Positions 1 to 12,277 of a DNA stretch of 64,000 nt are shown in pieces. The DNA comes from Rebecca billardiae RCC1528 (lineage: Eukaryota > Protista > Haptophyta). Made by a program: the position numbers and the translations under genes. The stretch lies in the NCBI GenBank assembly GCA_965240325.2, contig OZ251225.1:2170001-2234000 (forward strand), read 5' to 3'. Positions within the stretch are counted from its first letter, which is position 1. Each line of letters begins with the position of its first letter. The notes beneath the pieces were generated by a model. That model saw nothing but the letters and a program-made list of their open reading frames with translations, was not told the DNA's origin and searched no databases.

Positions 1-746
1 AACCTTGGAACGTTCGGCTGCTCAGCCGATCAGGAAGTGCGGGAGCGCCGCCTCTCGTCATGTCGTCCAGTCCGGATCCTTAGCAGCTACGAGTTACGAC
101 TTACGTAGTCCGGAGTAGTCACTCCGCCGTCGGCCGTGCGACGACCTCAGGGCCTCAGGCTGAGTGACTCAGGCTCAGGCGCTGTCAGTCCGTTCACGTT
201 GACCGTTCCCCGGTCGGCCGACTATAATTCACTAATTGACTGAGTCACTATCCGTGACGTCCGCCCCGGACCGCCGTCCGCCCCGTCCAGCCTCCACCTG
301 GCACCTGTCCCGCGGGCGGGCTCCGGACAAGGCCTCCGCCCTCCGCCGGCTCCGGTCACCCGCACCGGTGCCAGTCAGCCAGTGCCCAGTCCCGATACTG
401 TCCCGTATTCCGTAACGGTTACTAACGGTACGGGCCGAATTGGCCACTAGAACAATGGAACATGGCCCCCGTCCGCCCCGAAAACGTGATGCGCGTCGTG
501 CGGCGGCTGCTCGGACCTCTATGGCGGACCCAACAAATACGCAGCACGCCCCTTGGAGACAGGGGACTTCCGTCCACGGCTCCGACCCACTCCGCGGCGG
601 CAGGGCCGAAGACGAGGCCCGTGCGCGTGCGCACACGGACTCGGCCACTCCGGCAGAAGAGCTCCAAGCACAGTCGGCTCGATCTGCAAGGGCGCCCGGC
701 CAAACGGCCGTGCGAGGGCGCGTCTGGCGCGCGCGGCGCGAGCTGC

Positions 747-2618
747 CTACCGCATGCCGACGCGGTGCGAGACCGTCGCGAGCACCTGGGCCTTCTCGAC
801 CGCCTGGAGCCCGGAGGTGTCGAGCACATGCATGATCTGCGCGATGGCCTCCTGCTGCTCATAGGTGAGGGCGGGAGCGCCGACCGCGGCCGAGCCGCTG
901 TAGCCGGCCCGGCTGGGAGATGCCGGCGGCGACGCCGCGCGTCGGCCAACTGAGTTGCTGCGCTGCACGCCGCCGCCGGGGATGACGCCCGTGAACGAGT
1001 GCTGCGTGATACTCCCGTTGCGCACAGGCGACTCGCCGCGCGCGGGCGAGCCGCCGCGCGCGGGCGAGTTGCCCCGGTAGGAATCGCGCGAGCCCGAGAC
1101 GCGCGCAGTGCGCTCACTCTCACTGTGAGGGCGGGCGGGCGCGCGGACGGGGCGAAGTAGGGTGAGCCGGGCGGGCGGGTCGGGCGGCGTGGCACGTGGC
1201 GCGCGCCGAGCCGCGCGGCGCCGCACAGTCTCTGCTCGATCTGCGAGCGGATCGAGCCGACGGCGCCTTTTTTGATCGTCGGCGCGCCCTGGGGACGAGG
1301 CTCGGGGCCAGCCGCGTCCTTGGGCTCGTGGCCCTCTGCGCCGTGAGCGTGCGACGGCTGGCGCGAGTGTGTGTCGGTCGGAGGCATCGAGCCCATGTCG
1401 AGCTTGGGCACGCCCTGCGCGCGCGCACGCGCGGGGTCACGCGGGCGAGGCGGGGCAGCGAGGTGGATGGCGGCAGCACGCGCGTGAGAGGGCGGTGTGG
1501 CGCGCACACGCACGCGGCCTGTCCGCAGCGCCGCGCCGCGCGTCACGCGTCGCGAAGGCGAGCGCGCGTCCGCTCGCGCGTACCGACGAGCTCGCACCGC
1601 CATGCCCGCCATGCGACGCGGCCCCGCCATACCCGCCCTGCGGCGCGGTGGGCCCCAACGCGGGCGAGTGCTGCCCCACGACCGAGCCGTGAGGTGCAAT
1701 CTTGGGCGGCGGCGAGCCCGCCGCCACGTTCTCCTCTGTTGGCATCTCCTGGTGCATCATGCGCCACTGGTACGAGTCGGTGCGCGTGTACGAGGGGCGG
1801 CGCGCGCCGACGCCGGCCGAGGCGGGCGAGGTGCCGGCGGCGGCGGAGGGCGTCGCGGCCGCCGCCGAGCTCGCCGCCGAGGCGTTCAGCGCCGCCTGCG
1901 CCATCTCCACCTCCGCGCGCTCGCGCTCGGCGCGCTCGCGCTCGGCGCGCTCGGCGGCCTCGCGCTCGGCGCGCTCGCGCTCGGCGCGCTCGCGCTGCTC
2001 ACGCTCGGCGGCCTCGCGCTCGGCGCGCTCGAGCCGCTCGTGCTCCTCGTGCTCCGCACGCTCGCGCGCCTCGCGCTCCGCACGCGCGCGCTCGGCCGCC
2101 TCGAACTCGGCGCGCTCCTGTTCGCGCTCCTTCTCGATCCGGACGCGCTCGCGCTCCGACTGCTCACGCGCAAACTCGGCGGCCTCGCGCTCGCGGGCCT
2201 CGGCCGCCTCGGCGGCGGCGCGGGCCGCGGCCTCCTCCGCCTCGGTCGCCCCCGCATCGCCCGTCGCCGCGGTGGTCACCGCGCCGGCAGCGGCCGCCTC
2301 TGGGCCCGGCTGAATGCTGACCTTGTACACGCGCTGCGAAGCGCCCATGCGGAACTGCGCGCCGTCCTGGAGCTGCTCCGGAGCGTTCGGCGCGAGCTTG
2401 ATCCCGTTCAGGTGCGTGCCCTGCGACGACTTGAGATCCGTGAGGAACCATTCCCCATGCTCGTTGCGCGTGATCGTGCAGTGCTTGCGCGAGGTCGACG
2501 CGTGATCGGCGCGGTAGTCAACGTCGAGGGCGCGGCCGAGCATGGTCATCTCCTTGGTGAAGCTGACTGTGTCCATCTTCGTCTCACCATCGAAGACGTC
2601 GAGCGTGAGCGACCCCAT
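747..2618 (-). CDS. FHA-domain protein with an E/R/A-rich coiled coil, 3 exons (2618-1584, 1414-1227, 1122-747), ~532 aa
   Basis: The N-terminus has the FHA signature (LGR...HASTSRKHC...DLKSSQGTHLNG...LQDG..FRMGAS). Two GT-AG introns with CTCAC branch motifs join three ORF-track frames in phase (1599 nt total). Confidence 0.8.
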
Positions 2619-2942
2619 GGCGTACGCGCGTCTGAGCTGGGCACGTCCACGAGTGCCGTGGGAAACCCGAGCTCGATGGGCGGCCTGCCTGCTGCTTGCC
2701 CAAAGTGCGGCCGTGGATTAGCCGTGAAGGGCCCTGCTTTTGGCCAATTTCGGGCCAAGCTGTTGTTGATCAAGTTGGGGTCGCTCTGCACTCTCCGCCA
2801 TTGGCAGCGGTTTCAAGCTTTGTGGCGGGACGGTGTGCCAGGACCGGGCCCAACTTTGGGACTGCGCATCCGGACTCCCCGCAGCCTCCTCGACAGAGTT
2901 CAGATGGCAGTTGGCACCGTAGCGCTCGGCTCAGCCCGGGCC

Positions 2943-3887
2943 TCACGCCGGCTGGCTGCTGCCGCCGTCGCCTGCACGATCGCTGCCGACAGCCATGCTG
3001 GCAGCGCACCGGCGTAGACGCCGCACGTCCTTTGGCGGCCTCTCCACGGCCTCGTCGTCGCTGTCAAAACCCTCGGACCACTCCGTGTCCGAGCCAGTCG
3101 CGCTGCCGTCTGCCGGGGCTGGTGACTCGGCGGCAGCATCGGCCCCACCGGTGCCGGGCGCGGCCTGACTGCGCGCGGCGTGGCTGGCAGCGGCCGTGCC
3201 GCTCTCCTCAGACTCCCCGCTCCGCCCGCCCGCGGGCACGGCACCTCGCGCGTGCTGCGCATCGTCGCAGCCGGCCGCGACGGCAGCAGCAGCCTGGCGG
3301 CCAAGAGGCTCACCATCGGGAGGGGGAGGTGGCGCGTCAGCGCGCGCGTGCCGGGCGCGCGCCGGTCGGCCAACACCCTCCGCCGCCTCCGGCCGCTGCG
3401 GGTCTTCGTCGTCGCTGTCGAGCGCCCGCCGCTTCCGCTTGCGCATCGCGAGCTCGACCGTCAGCGTCACGCTCACGTCCGGCTCGCTGGACGCCTGCGC
3501 GGCCGAGCCGTCGGCGGGCGCGAGGTGGACAGAGATGAGGTCGCCTTGGCTCAGGTGCAGCAGGGCGCCTGCGCGTCGGCTGCGTCCGACGTGCTCGACG
3601 GTGTGATCGCGCGGGCCACGCGTGACGACGAGCGAGACCATGCCATCGACCCCACCTAGCGTAGCGCGTTCCGCCTCCAGGGCGAGAAGGTAGTGCCCGC
3701 TCTCGCTCACTACGTATTGGCCGAGTGATGGGTCGAGCTCGCGCGGCTGCGCGTCGGAGCAGCGCCAGTCGACGAGCCTGAGTGCGCCGATTTCGGCGAG
3801 GCGGGGATCGCCATCGAGGCCGAGCCTGGCCCGCTGGCTCCTCGCACGCATGTCTTGTGGCCGCCTCCGCCTCTCCAGGGCCGCCAT
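2943..3887 (-). CDS. Hypothetical protein, 314 aa; possible C1q/TNF-like beta-sandwich, then a basic NLS-like motif and acidic tail
   Basis: Single ATG-started ORF. VVSESGHYLL and GALLHLSQGDLISVHL resemble C1q/TNF strands, followed by MRKRKRR. Head-to-head with the PMI gene. Confidence 0.5.
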   Translation of the reverse strand: MAALERRRRPQDMRARSQRARLGLDGDPRLAEIGALRLVDWRCSDAQPRELDPSLGQYVVSESGHYLLALEAERATLGGVDGMVSLVVTRGPRDHTVEHVGRSRRAGALLHLSQGDLISVHLAPADGSAAQASSEPDVSVTLTVELAMRKRKRRALDSDDEDPQRPEAAEGVGRPARARHARADAPPPPPDGEPLGRQAAAAVAAGCDDAQHARGAVPAGGRSGESEESGTAAASHAARSQAAPGTGGADAAAESPAPADGSATGSDTEWSEGFDSDDEAVERPPKDVRRLRRCAASMAVGSDRAGDGGSSQPA

Positions 3888-4166
3888 GGCTCAACGGGGC
3901 TTTTCCGGCGGGCGTTCGCCCTGAGAATCCTGCCATTCCTCACGGCAACGGCAAAAAAACACGCCTGGCGCTGGCCTGGCCGCCCCGGCCGGCAGCAGCT
4001 CCAGCCGCCGCCTCCTACATTAATAAGAGCGGGTAGCTCCACGGGGTAATTCCACTAAGTCTACCTATTCTGGATCGAGCAAGCCGCCATTGTGCAGCGG
4101 GATCTCGTCCGCTTCCGAGCAACGCATCCAGCTCGCGAACGTGTTCGTTGACGTCGCCGTGTCACC

Positions 4167-6464
4167 ATGCCAGGCGGACCAGGTCTGCTCAGCGACCTCT
4201 TGCACCAACTCGATGTGCCCTCGGACGTGCGTCTCGTGAGCGTCTCCACCTCCATCGACCCGGTCGACGGCGCGACGGTGTGGACGGTGCAGTACAAGCA
4301 AACGTTGCCCGGCCAGCAGCAGTATCCGGCGGCGGCGCCCAGCCGACCAAAGGTCATCGCGCCCTCACATTCGATGCCCCAGTCTCCACGCGCCGGACCG
4401 ACGGCCCCGCTCTCGCCCTCGCACATGCCCCGCGACTTGAACATCGAGATCCCGCCCAGCATGAGCATCCAGAGCCTGGGCGGCGGGAGCGTCATGCGCG
4501 TGCCGCCGTCGCCGACGCCGGCTACGGCCATGCGCTGCTTCCCGCTCAAGTGCATCGTGCAGACGTACGCGTGGGGCAAGATCGGGCTCGATTCGGCCGT
4601 CGCGCGCCTCGCCGCCGAGGGCATCAACGACGACATCCCCATCGAGGAGTACACGCCGTACGCCGAGCTGTGGATGGGCACACACCCGGTTGGGCCGTCG
4701 CTCGTCGTGCTCGAGAACCCGTGGAAGTCGATCACGCCGCTGTCGGACTGGCTCAAGCTGAACCCGGTGATGGCCGGCTCGCAGGTGCGCGCGTCGCGCC
4801 GCCGCACCGTGCCTGCCGCACGCCGCGCCGCACGCCACGCGCACGCGTGCGGCCGCTCAGCGCGCGTGTGCCGCGCATGCTGCGGCCCCCATACCGTGCC
4901 GTGCGCAGGGCTTGCACGGACACATCCAGGTGCCGTTCCTGTTTAAGGTGCTGTCGGTCCGCACGGCGCTGTCCATCCAGGCGCACCCGGACAAGGCGCT
5001 CGCGCGCGAGCTCCACCACAAGCGCTCCGACCTGTACAAGGACGACAACCACAAGGCATGCGCGCGGCGCATCCGCTCTGCACGGCCGCGCATGCGCGTG
5101 CGCGAGCGTGCCCGCGCGCGCGCGCGCGCATGCTCGCCTGCCGGCGGCACCACACGCGGGGGCGTGCGCATGCCGACACCGGGTGCGCCTCTCCCACCGC
5201 GTGCGCCGCCGCCGCCGCCGCCTCCCTCCAGCCGGAGATGGCCATCGCCATCACGCCCTTCGAGGCGCTGTGTGGGTTCCAGCGCGCAACCTCGATCGTC
5301 GCAAATTGCATGGCGTGCCCGGAGCTCATCGAGCTCGTGGGTGAGGACAGGGTGAGCGCGCTGGACCAGGCGGCGACGTCGTCGGACGACATCAAGCCGG
5401 CGCTGCGTGACCTGTTCACCGTGCTCATGACCGCCCCCGCGCACATCGTCGAGACTAAGTTGACGAACCTGATGACCCGCATCGACGCGACCAACGAGAT
5501 GCTTCGGATGCCCGTGGACACGCTTGCGCAGCGGATCCACGCGCAGTACCCGGGCGACGTGGGCGTCTTCTGCGTGTACCTGCTCAACTACGTGTGCCTC
5601 AAGCCAGGTGCGCCGCGGCAGGCGCGCGCGCGCCCGCGGCGCGCCCGCCCGCGTGCGCACCGGCGTGGCGCTCACGCCGTGCTGTGCTGCGTCTGGCGCG
5701 CGCGCACTCGGCTGCGGCTTCGACCCGGCGCGCGCGCAGGCGAGGCCGTGTTCATGGCCGCCAACGAGCCACATGCCTACCTGTATGGGGACTGCGTCGA
5801 GTGCATGGCGTGCTCGGACAACGTCGTGCGCGCGGGGCTGACGCCAAAGTTTAAGGACACGGCGACGCTGTGCGACATGGTGCGCGCCGCGCGCCCACAG
5901 AGCCGAGGCCGGGCGCGCCACGAGGCAGCGCCGCCCGCCGTCGCGGGCAGGCGAGCGCGCACTCATTGCCCCCGACCGCCGGCCACGCTCGCCCGCGCGC
6001 GCTGCAGCTCACCTACAACGACGGCCCCATCGAGCTGTACCGCGGGCAGCCGATCGGCAAGTTCGTTAGCACATACATCCCGCCGCCGGCCGTGGATGAG
6101 TTCAGGCTGGAGCGCTGCCAGCTGCCGCCCAACTCCGCCTGCTCGTTGAAAGTGCGCGCGCGGCGCCCGCGGTGTTGCGCGCGGGTGCGCCTGCCCCGCC
6201 CGCCCTTGAGCCGACCGGTGGCTCACGTGTGCGCGCGCCCGTGCACGCGCCGCGTGCCCGCCTCCTCCGCGCGCGCAGGCGGTGGACGGCGTCAGCATCA
6301 TCGTCGTGATCAACGGCGCGGGCATCATCGAGGAGGTGTCAGGCCACAAGCACCCGATCAAGGTCGGCTCTGTGATGCTCGTGTGCGCCGGCTCGCAGCT
6401 CAACTTGAGAACACGCGAGACAGAGAGCTTGCTCGCGTTCCGCGCGATGGCACGAGACGTGTGA
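4167..6464 (+). CDS. MPI: Mannose-6-phosphate isomerase (type I PMI), 6 exons (4167-4784, 4909-5055, 5232-5607, 5740-5879, 6008-6151, 6279-6464), ~536 aa
   Basis: Motifs [44 protein letters not shown]|[42 protein letters not shown]. The exons splice in frame, and intron 2 is GC-AG. Confidence 0.95.
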
Positions 6465-6594
6465 TGCCACGATGGAGCTCGAACTGCCGATGGGAGGCAG
6501 GTGTGCCCGCCCGCATGCCCACGTGGGTAACTAGTGTCACTAGTTCCCCAGGCGCTCAGGGTGCAGCAACTCACGGATTGGCGGCGGATCAGCA

Positions 6595-6774
<180 letters not shown>

Positions 6775-7288
6775 ATTATCTTCACTGATCGTCGATGAGT
6801 TCGCGTTGCGACACAGCTTATACGTGATATTGCGGATTTGCGGATGGGCCTCATGGATGACATAGTGATGGATGAGGCCCGCGCGGGCCGCGGTGACAGT
6901 AACTAGTAAGATAACGGCCCTGCATGTGACGGGCTGACGGGTCAGCAGACAGCAGCGACAACGTCGCGGTCTCGGACTCACATGCCGCTCGGCCGCCGCA
7001 GCATGCGCGCGGGGAGGCCGGGGATGCCATAGTACTGTGCCTACGGTGGCCCGCCGAGGCAGCTTCGCGAGTGTCTTCGACCGCTTCGTCGAGCACTGTT
7101 AGCAGCAGTCGACGGACGACAGCGCGGACGCAGGCCACGCAGCACGCAGGGCGGCCCCGCGGTAACGAATTACAGGCACCGGTAGCTACTGTGACTAGTC
7201 TAGCTGCCTAGCTGGCACGACGGCGGAGTGTGACTGTGAGTCACTGATGACGCGGCAGCGATATATTCGTCACGATCAGTAGTCGTAG

Positions 7289-9643
7289 TCAGCTGAGACC
7301 ATGGTCCATGCTGATGTGATCGCGCACGCTGGGCATCGTGCAGGCGAGTGCCTCCGCGAAGTCGTGTGATGCGACGAGCGCCTTGCCGAGCGCCGCGTCA
7401 CCGCCATCCCGCTGCGCGCGGCGCAGCGCAGCCAGCGCCGCCTGCACGCAGAGCTGCGCGAGGTCCGCGCCGCTGAGCCCGTGGGCGCGCGCGGCGAGCG
7501 CGACCAGGTCCACGTCGCGCGCCAGCGGCATGCGGCCCGTGTGCACGCGCAGCACGTCCGCGCGCGCGTCCGCGTCGGGCAAGCCGACGTGGATGTGAGC
7601 ATCAAGGCGGCCCGGTCGCAGCAGGGCGGCGTCGAGGAGGTCCTTGCGGTTCGTCGCGCCGATGAGCACGACGCCCTCGCTCGCCTCGACGCCGTCGAGC
7701 TCGGTCAGCAGCGTCGAGAGCACGCGCTGCTGCACGCTGTCCCCGCCGTCGCTCGCGCGCGCCCGGTCGCCCACGAGCGCGTCGAGCTCGTCTAAGAAGA
7801 CAAGGGCGGGTGCGCACGCGCGCGCGGTGGCGAAGAGCGAGCGCACGGTGGCCTCGGCCTCGCCGACGAGGGCGGAGTACACGCTGGCGCCGGAGAGGTA
7901 GAGGAACGTGGCGTCCAGGCTGGTGGCGACGGCGCGCGCCAGAAGCGTCTTGGCGCAGCCAGGCGGGCCGTGCAGGAGCACGCCGCGCGCGCCTCGCACA
8001 CCCAGTCTGCGCATGGCAGCGGCGCGCGTCAAGGGCCACTCCAGAGCGGCGCGCACCGACGCCTTCGCCTCGGCCTGGCCGCCGACGTCCTCCCACCGCG
8101 CGGCGCGGACCTCGAGGGAGAGCGCGCGCACGACCGTCGGGCGCACGCGCGCGCGCGCGGCAGCAAAGTCCTCGGCGTTCACCATCGGCTCTGCCTCTGC
8201 CGGCGCCTCTGCTGGCGCGGCCGCTGCCGTCGCGCTGTCGGCCAGTGAGGCCGCCTGCTCGCCGCCGGGTGGCGTCGCGGCGCGGAGCGCGTGCAGAGCA
8301 GCCTCGCGGCAGAGCGCGGCGCAGTCGGCGACGCTGAAGCCCGCGCACGTGCGCCTCGCCAGCTCTCCCAGGTCCACGTCCGGCGCGAGCCGCATGTGCG
8401 CCGCCACCGCTACCAGCACGCGCTCCCGCTCGGTAGCCATGCCAAGTGCGAGCGCGATTTGAACGTCGGCACGTCCGGCGCGCAGCAGCGCGGGCGCGAG
8501 CTGGGGCAGCCGGTTGGTCGCGCCGATGACGAGGAGCCTGCCGTCGGCGGGCATCGCGTCGATCTGCGCGAGCAGCGTCGCGCCCACGCCCTCGGGCCCG
8601 TCGCTCAGCCCACCATCTGGCAGCAGCCGCGCCGCGCAGACCGCGTCGATCTCGTCCGCCGAGATCACGCACGGCAGTCCGCCAGTCGCGCGCCGGTGGC
8701 CGGGCTCGGCGGCGCGCGCGCGGACGAGGGAGCGCTGCAGGGCCGTGGCGTGCCGGGCGGCGCGCGCGAAGACGCGCTGCACCGCGCGCGACGCCGCGCG
8801 CTCGTCCGCGCCCAGCGTCGCCACCTCGAGCACGTGAAGCGGCAGGCTCTGCTCGGCGCACAGCGCACGCACAAGGTGTGACTTCCCGACACCCGGTGGG
8901 CCGTGGAGCAGGATGCAGCGCACGGGGCGCGCGAGGGCTCGCGCCGCGCCCGCGGGCGAGGTGGCCGCCTCGGCGCAGTGCGTGCACAGTGCGCGCACGC
9001 GCGCGATCGCCTCCACGCCGGGCTGCGCGCGCAGGCCCGATCGGCGGTGCGCATGCACACTGTCCGCCTCCACCTCGTGCTGCCCGCCCGCCGACGCTGC
9101 CGCCGCGGCTCGGAGGGGCTGCTCTGCCGCGGGGGCGGGCGTGGGCGGCGGGACCAGGACGATGCGCGTGCTCGGAAGCACGCGAACGAACTTCGCGCTC
9201 GCCGGCGTCACGGCCGTGACGACCACCTCGCACTGGCCCGACGGGGCATCGATGTGGACACGACAGCCGGCGCACACAGCTATCCCGCACATGCCGAGGC
9301 TGAGTGCATCTGCGCGCGTAGCGGGCGACTCGAGCGCAGCGTCGTCGCTCTGCGTCCACACGCTCACGCTCTCCGCAGCGGATGCTTGCCCGTAGCGGAC
9401 GAGGCCCGCCGTCGCAGGTGCCGCACACAGCGCGTGGCCGGCGGGCAAACGCACCGTGCGTGTGGTCGGCAGGCCTGTGCGCAGCCCCGGGTCGGCGAGC
9501 CAGAGCGTGTACACCGCCGAGCCGGAGCTATGCATGGCACGGCCAGCATGCCTCACCACCACGTCGCCGATGCGCAGCGAGCGCGCCTTGAGCTCGCCGG
9601 CCGGCAGCCGGAGCACATCCCCTGGCACGGCGGCGACGGCCAT
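7289..9643 (-). CDS. Double-ring AAA+ ATPase of the CDC48 family, AFG2B/SPATA5L1-like
   Basis: Two AAA modules: GPPGVGKS...DEID...GATNR, and GVLLHGPPGCAKT...FLDELD...GATNRKDLLDAALLRPGRLD. The GCAKT D2 Walker A fits the AFG2/SPATA5 subfamily. Start taken at ATG 9643. Confidence 0.85.
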   Translation of the reverse strand: MAVAAVPGDVLRLPAGELKARSLRIGDVVVRHAGRAMHSSGSAVYTLWLADPGLRTGLPTTRTVRLPAGHALCAAPATAGLVRYGQASAAESVSVWTQSDDAALESPATRADALSLGMCGIAVCAGCRVHIDAPSGQCEVVVTAVTPASAKFVRVLPSTRIVLVPPPTPAPAAEQPLRAAAAASAGGQHEVEADSVHAHRRSGLRAQPGVEAIARVRALCTHCAEAATSPAGAARALARPVRCILLHGPPGVGKSHLVRALCAEQSLPLHVLEVATLGADERAASRAVQRVFARAARHATALQRSLVRARAAEPGHRRATGGLPCVISADEIDAVCAARLLPDGGLSDGPEGVGATLLAQIDAMPADGRLLVIGATNRLPQLAPALLRAGRADVQIALALGMATERERVLVAVAAHMRLAPDVDLGELARRTCAGFSVADCAALCREAALHALRAATPPGGEQAASLADSATAAAAPAEAPAEAEPMVNAEDFAAARARVRPTVVRALSLEVRAARWEDVGGQAEAKASVRAALEWPLTRAAAMRRLGVRGARGVLLHGPPGCAKTLLARAVATSLDATFLYLSGASVYSALVGEAEATVRSLFATARACAPALVFLDELDALVGDRARASDGGDSVQQRVLSTLLTELDGVEASEGVVLIGATNRKDLLDAALLRPGRLDAHIHVGLPDADARADVLRVHTGRMPLARDVDLVALAARAHGLSGADLAQLCVQAALAALRRAQRDGGDAALGKALVASHDFAEALACTMPSVRDHISMDHGLS

Positions 9644-10492
9644 GGCCTTGGCGAATCTTTTCCGTGCGGCGAGATTGTGGAGATCGCTCCAACAACAAAA
9701 GCTGCTCAAAAGCCGTGTCCGGGGCGGCCTGGTCACGTCGATCATCGGCGCTTCGGCGGTTGCGCTTTCGGCGTTGCGTCAATGAACAGCCGCGGTCGGT
9801 CCAGACGCCAAACCGACGGCTCGCCGTCGGGCACGACGTCGGCCCGACCGCTTGGCTGTCATGTGCCCGCCCGGCAGGACGGGGGAAGGTGGTGACAGCG
9901 AATCAGAACACACATATATCTCAGACATTCAGGTTGCATTCACAGAGATCACGCTGAACGCGTGGAGCAGGCGCCCGAGCGAGCCGCGTCAGGGGCACAG
10001 CCGCACGGCGTGCGGACCGTGGCGCAGCACACTGACTGCATCCTGACCGCCGCACACATGGCACCGGTCGCGCTGGCAGATGTTGGCTGGAGACGAGCCA
10101 CCCGCGTGCGGCATGTTCACACCGCCGCACGCTGACGACGCGTAAAAAAACAGACGGCGGGCACGTGCTTATGTGCGCGCCTGAGCCGGGCCGTAGAGAG
10201 CCCGCTGCCGCGCCGTCCCTCTCCGGGCGCGTAGCTGCGCGCCTCGGCCGCCAACTGCCCTCCCCCGATGCATCGCCCGCCGGCGCATGCTGCGGCATAC
10301 CGACCCGAGCCGCTCCCCCCAAAGATGCCTGCGGTGTGGCTCCCGCTGCTCCCGGCCCACCGGCCCAGACGCAGCCCCGCCCGTGTGCCGCCGCCCTGCC
10401 GCAGACAGCCGCTGCAAGCAGGGACGGCGGCGTCACGCCTGCCGCACGCGTCCGACGCTCCCTCTGCTCATGCTGGTCGTCGCGCTCACCCC

Positions 10493-10998
10493 CTACTCCT
10501 CCGGAGCCGGCTTCGGCTTCGGCTTCGGCTTCGGCTTCTCCACCTCCACCAGCTCGTCCTCGGCGAAGTTGTTCGTGTTCACGCCCGCGTAGTTCACCTT
10601 CTCGAAGCGCACAACGACCGGGTAGCGAATCCCGCTCGTGTCAACCGTCGCCACGCTGCCCACCTCCTGGTACCAGTACGACTCGGGGCGCATGACCTTG
10701 ACCTTCGAGCCTCGCTCGATCATCTGGATCGACTGCGAGCGTCGGCCGTCGCGCGCGCGCAGGGGTGGGGCGTGCAGAATGCGTGAGCGCGCGAGTGTGT
10801 GCGCCGATTGCAGCATGGCCGGCACCGCCGTCGGCTGCCCGCGGAGCGCGCAAGGTTGCAGCCCGCGCAGTCGTGCAGGCGGCAGCGTCTCACCTGCGGC
10901 GCGGCGGCGCGCGTCAGCGCGCTCCCAGCGAGCCGGCTCGCCGCCAGGCCGCTGCAGGCCTGGACGAGCGCAAGGAGGGCCAGGAAGCGGAGGAACAT
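10493..10998 (-). CDS. psaE: Photosystem I subunit IV (PsaE), nucleus-encoded with a bipartite presequence; exons 10998-10894 and 10732-10493
   Basis: Mature part [57 protein letters not shown]. Exon 1 encodes the signal peptide [17 protein letters not shown] plus a Ser/Ala/Arg-rich transit peptide. GT-AG intron in phase 0. Confidence 0.95.
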
Positions 10999-11230
10999 CC
11001 TGTCGGGCGAGGGCGACGACGCGATCGGAGACTTTAATTTGCCGGGTGATAGGGCGATCCCTGGCTTGCAATTGGTTGAGCGCGCTTGCAGGCAACCCGG
11101 ACTCATTACCCGCAAGATATTGGCGCGTGCAGAGTCCGGCTGATTGGGCCACTGCACGTCCAGGAAGAGCCCAGCGGTGCCAGGGCAAGCACACGCGCGC
11201 GGTGGATCCATGACGACGCACGACCCGCGC

Positions 11231-12277
11231 ATGCTGAGCGCGCGCGCGCTGCTCATCGCGCTCGCCGCGGCGGCGACGGGGGCCCACGGCTTCAGCCCCC
11301 TCGCGCCAGACCCTCGCCACCACGGCGCGCGGCTGCAGCTGGTGCCCCAGCCGCGTGCGCCCGTGCTGCGCGCCGCGGTCGATCGGTCGCCGCTGCTGGG
11401 CGCACAGCGCGCGCGGCGAGGGGCGGCGAGTGCGGTGCGCTTGAGTGACGCGCCCGCGCCGCAAGCAGCTGCACCGCCCCGCGATCTCACGGGCGACGCT
11501 GGCGTGCTCAAGACCACGACCACGGCGGGCACGGCGCCGCCGCCGCGCCGCTCTGCCACGGTGCAGATTCGCTATACTGCGCGCCTTGCCGAGACCGGCG
11601 AGGTGGTGGACGCGCCGGAGGAGCCGGTGACCTTCACCCTGGGCGAGGGCGATGTGATCACGGGGTGGGAGGTCGCCGTGGCCGCGATGCAGGTGGGCGA
11701 GTGCGCCAAGGTCACGCTCTCGCCCGCATACGCGTACGGCGAGCTCGGCCAGCCCCCGGCCATCCCGCCCGGTGCGTCACTCGAGTACGACATCGAGCTG
11801 CTCGGCACGGTGACGGCGGCGCCGGCGCCCGCCGCGGCACCCGCCGCGCCGGCGGCAGGCACGCCGACCCCGCCCGCCGCGCCGATGGCCGGCGCCGACA
11901 CGGCGAGCACCGACACCATCCCGCAGCCGCTGTCGATGGCCGACCTCGAGCGGCCGGACATTGCGCGCAGCCCTGCCGAGATCGCCGCGCAGTACGAGGC
12001 GCGCATGGCGGAGCGGAAGGCGGTGGCCAGCGGCGCGGGCGGCGGCGAGGGCGAGGGCGGCGGCCTGATCGGCGCGATCGTCGAGCGGCTGCGCACCGCG
12101 TACATCTTCGGCCTCTTCGACTCGCAGACCGGCGAGCCGGCACCGTGGTATCTCAACCCGCTGATCACTTTCCCGGCCATGTTCGCGTTTGTCGGCTTCG
12201 GCACGTGGCTCGTCACGCTGACCGGCGCGTTCCACATCGGCACGCCCGGCGGCGGCGAGGCGCCGCTCCCGTTCTGA
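11231..12277 (+). CDS. FKBP-type peptidyl-prolyl isomerase, probably plastid-targeted, with a C-terminal membrane anchor
   Basis: FKBP motifs GVLK...VQIRYTARL...[23 protein letters not shown]...[24 protein letters not shown]. Signal peptide [23 protein letters not shown]. Hydrophobic segment [19 protein letters not shown]. Confidence 0.88.
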   Translation: MLSARALLIALAAAATGAHGFSPLAPDPRHHGARLQLVPQPRAPVLRAAVDRSPLLGAQRARRGAASAVRLSDAPAPQAAAPPRDLTGDAGVLKTTTTAGTAPPPRRSATVQIRYTARLAETGEVVDAPEEPVTFTLGEGDVITGWEVAVAAMQVGECAKVTLSPAYAYGELGQPPAIPPGASLEYDIELLGTVTAAPAPAAAPAAPAAGTPTPPAAPMAGADTASTDTIPQPLSMADLERPDIARSPAEIAAQYEARMAERKAVASGAGGGEGEGGGLIGAIVERLRTAYIFGLFDSQTGEPAPWYLNPLITFPAMFAFVGFGTWLVTLTGAFHIGTPGGGEAPLPF

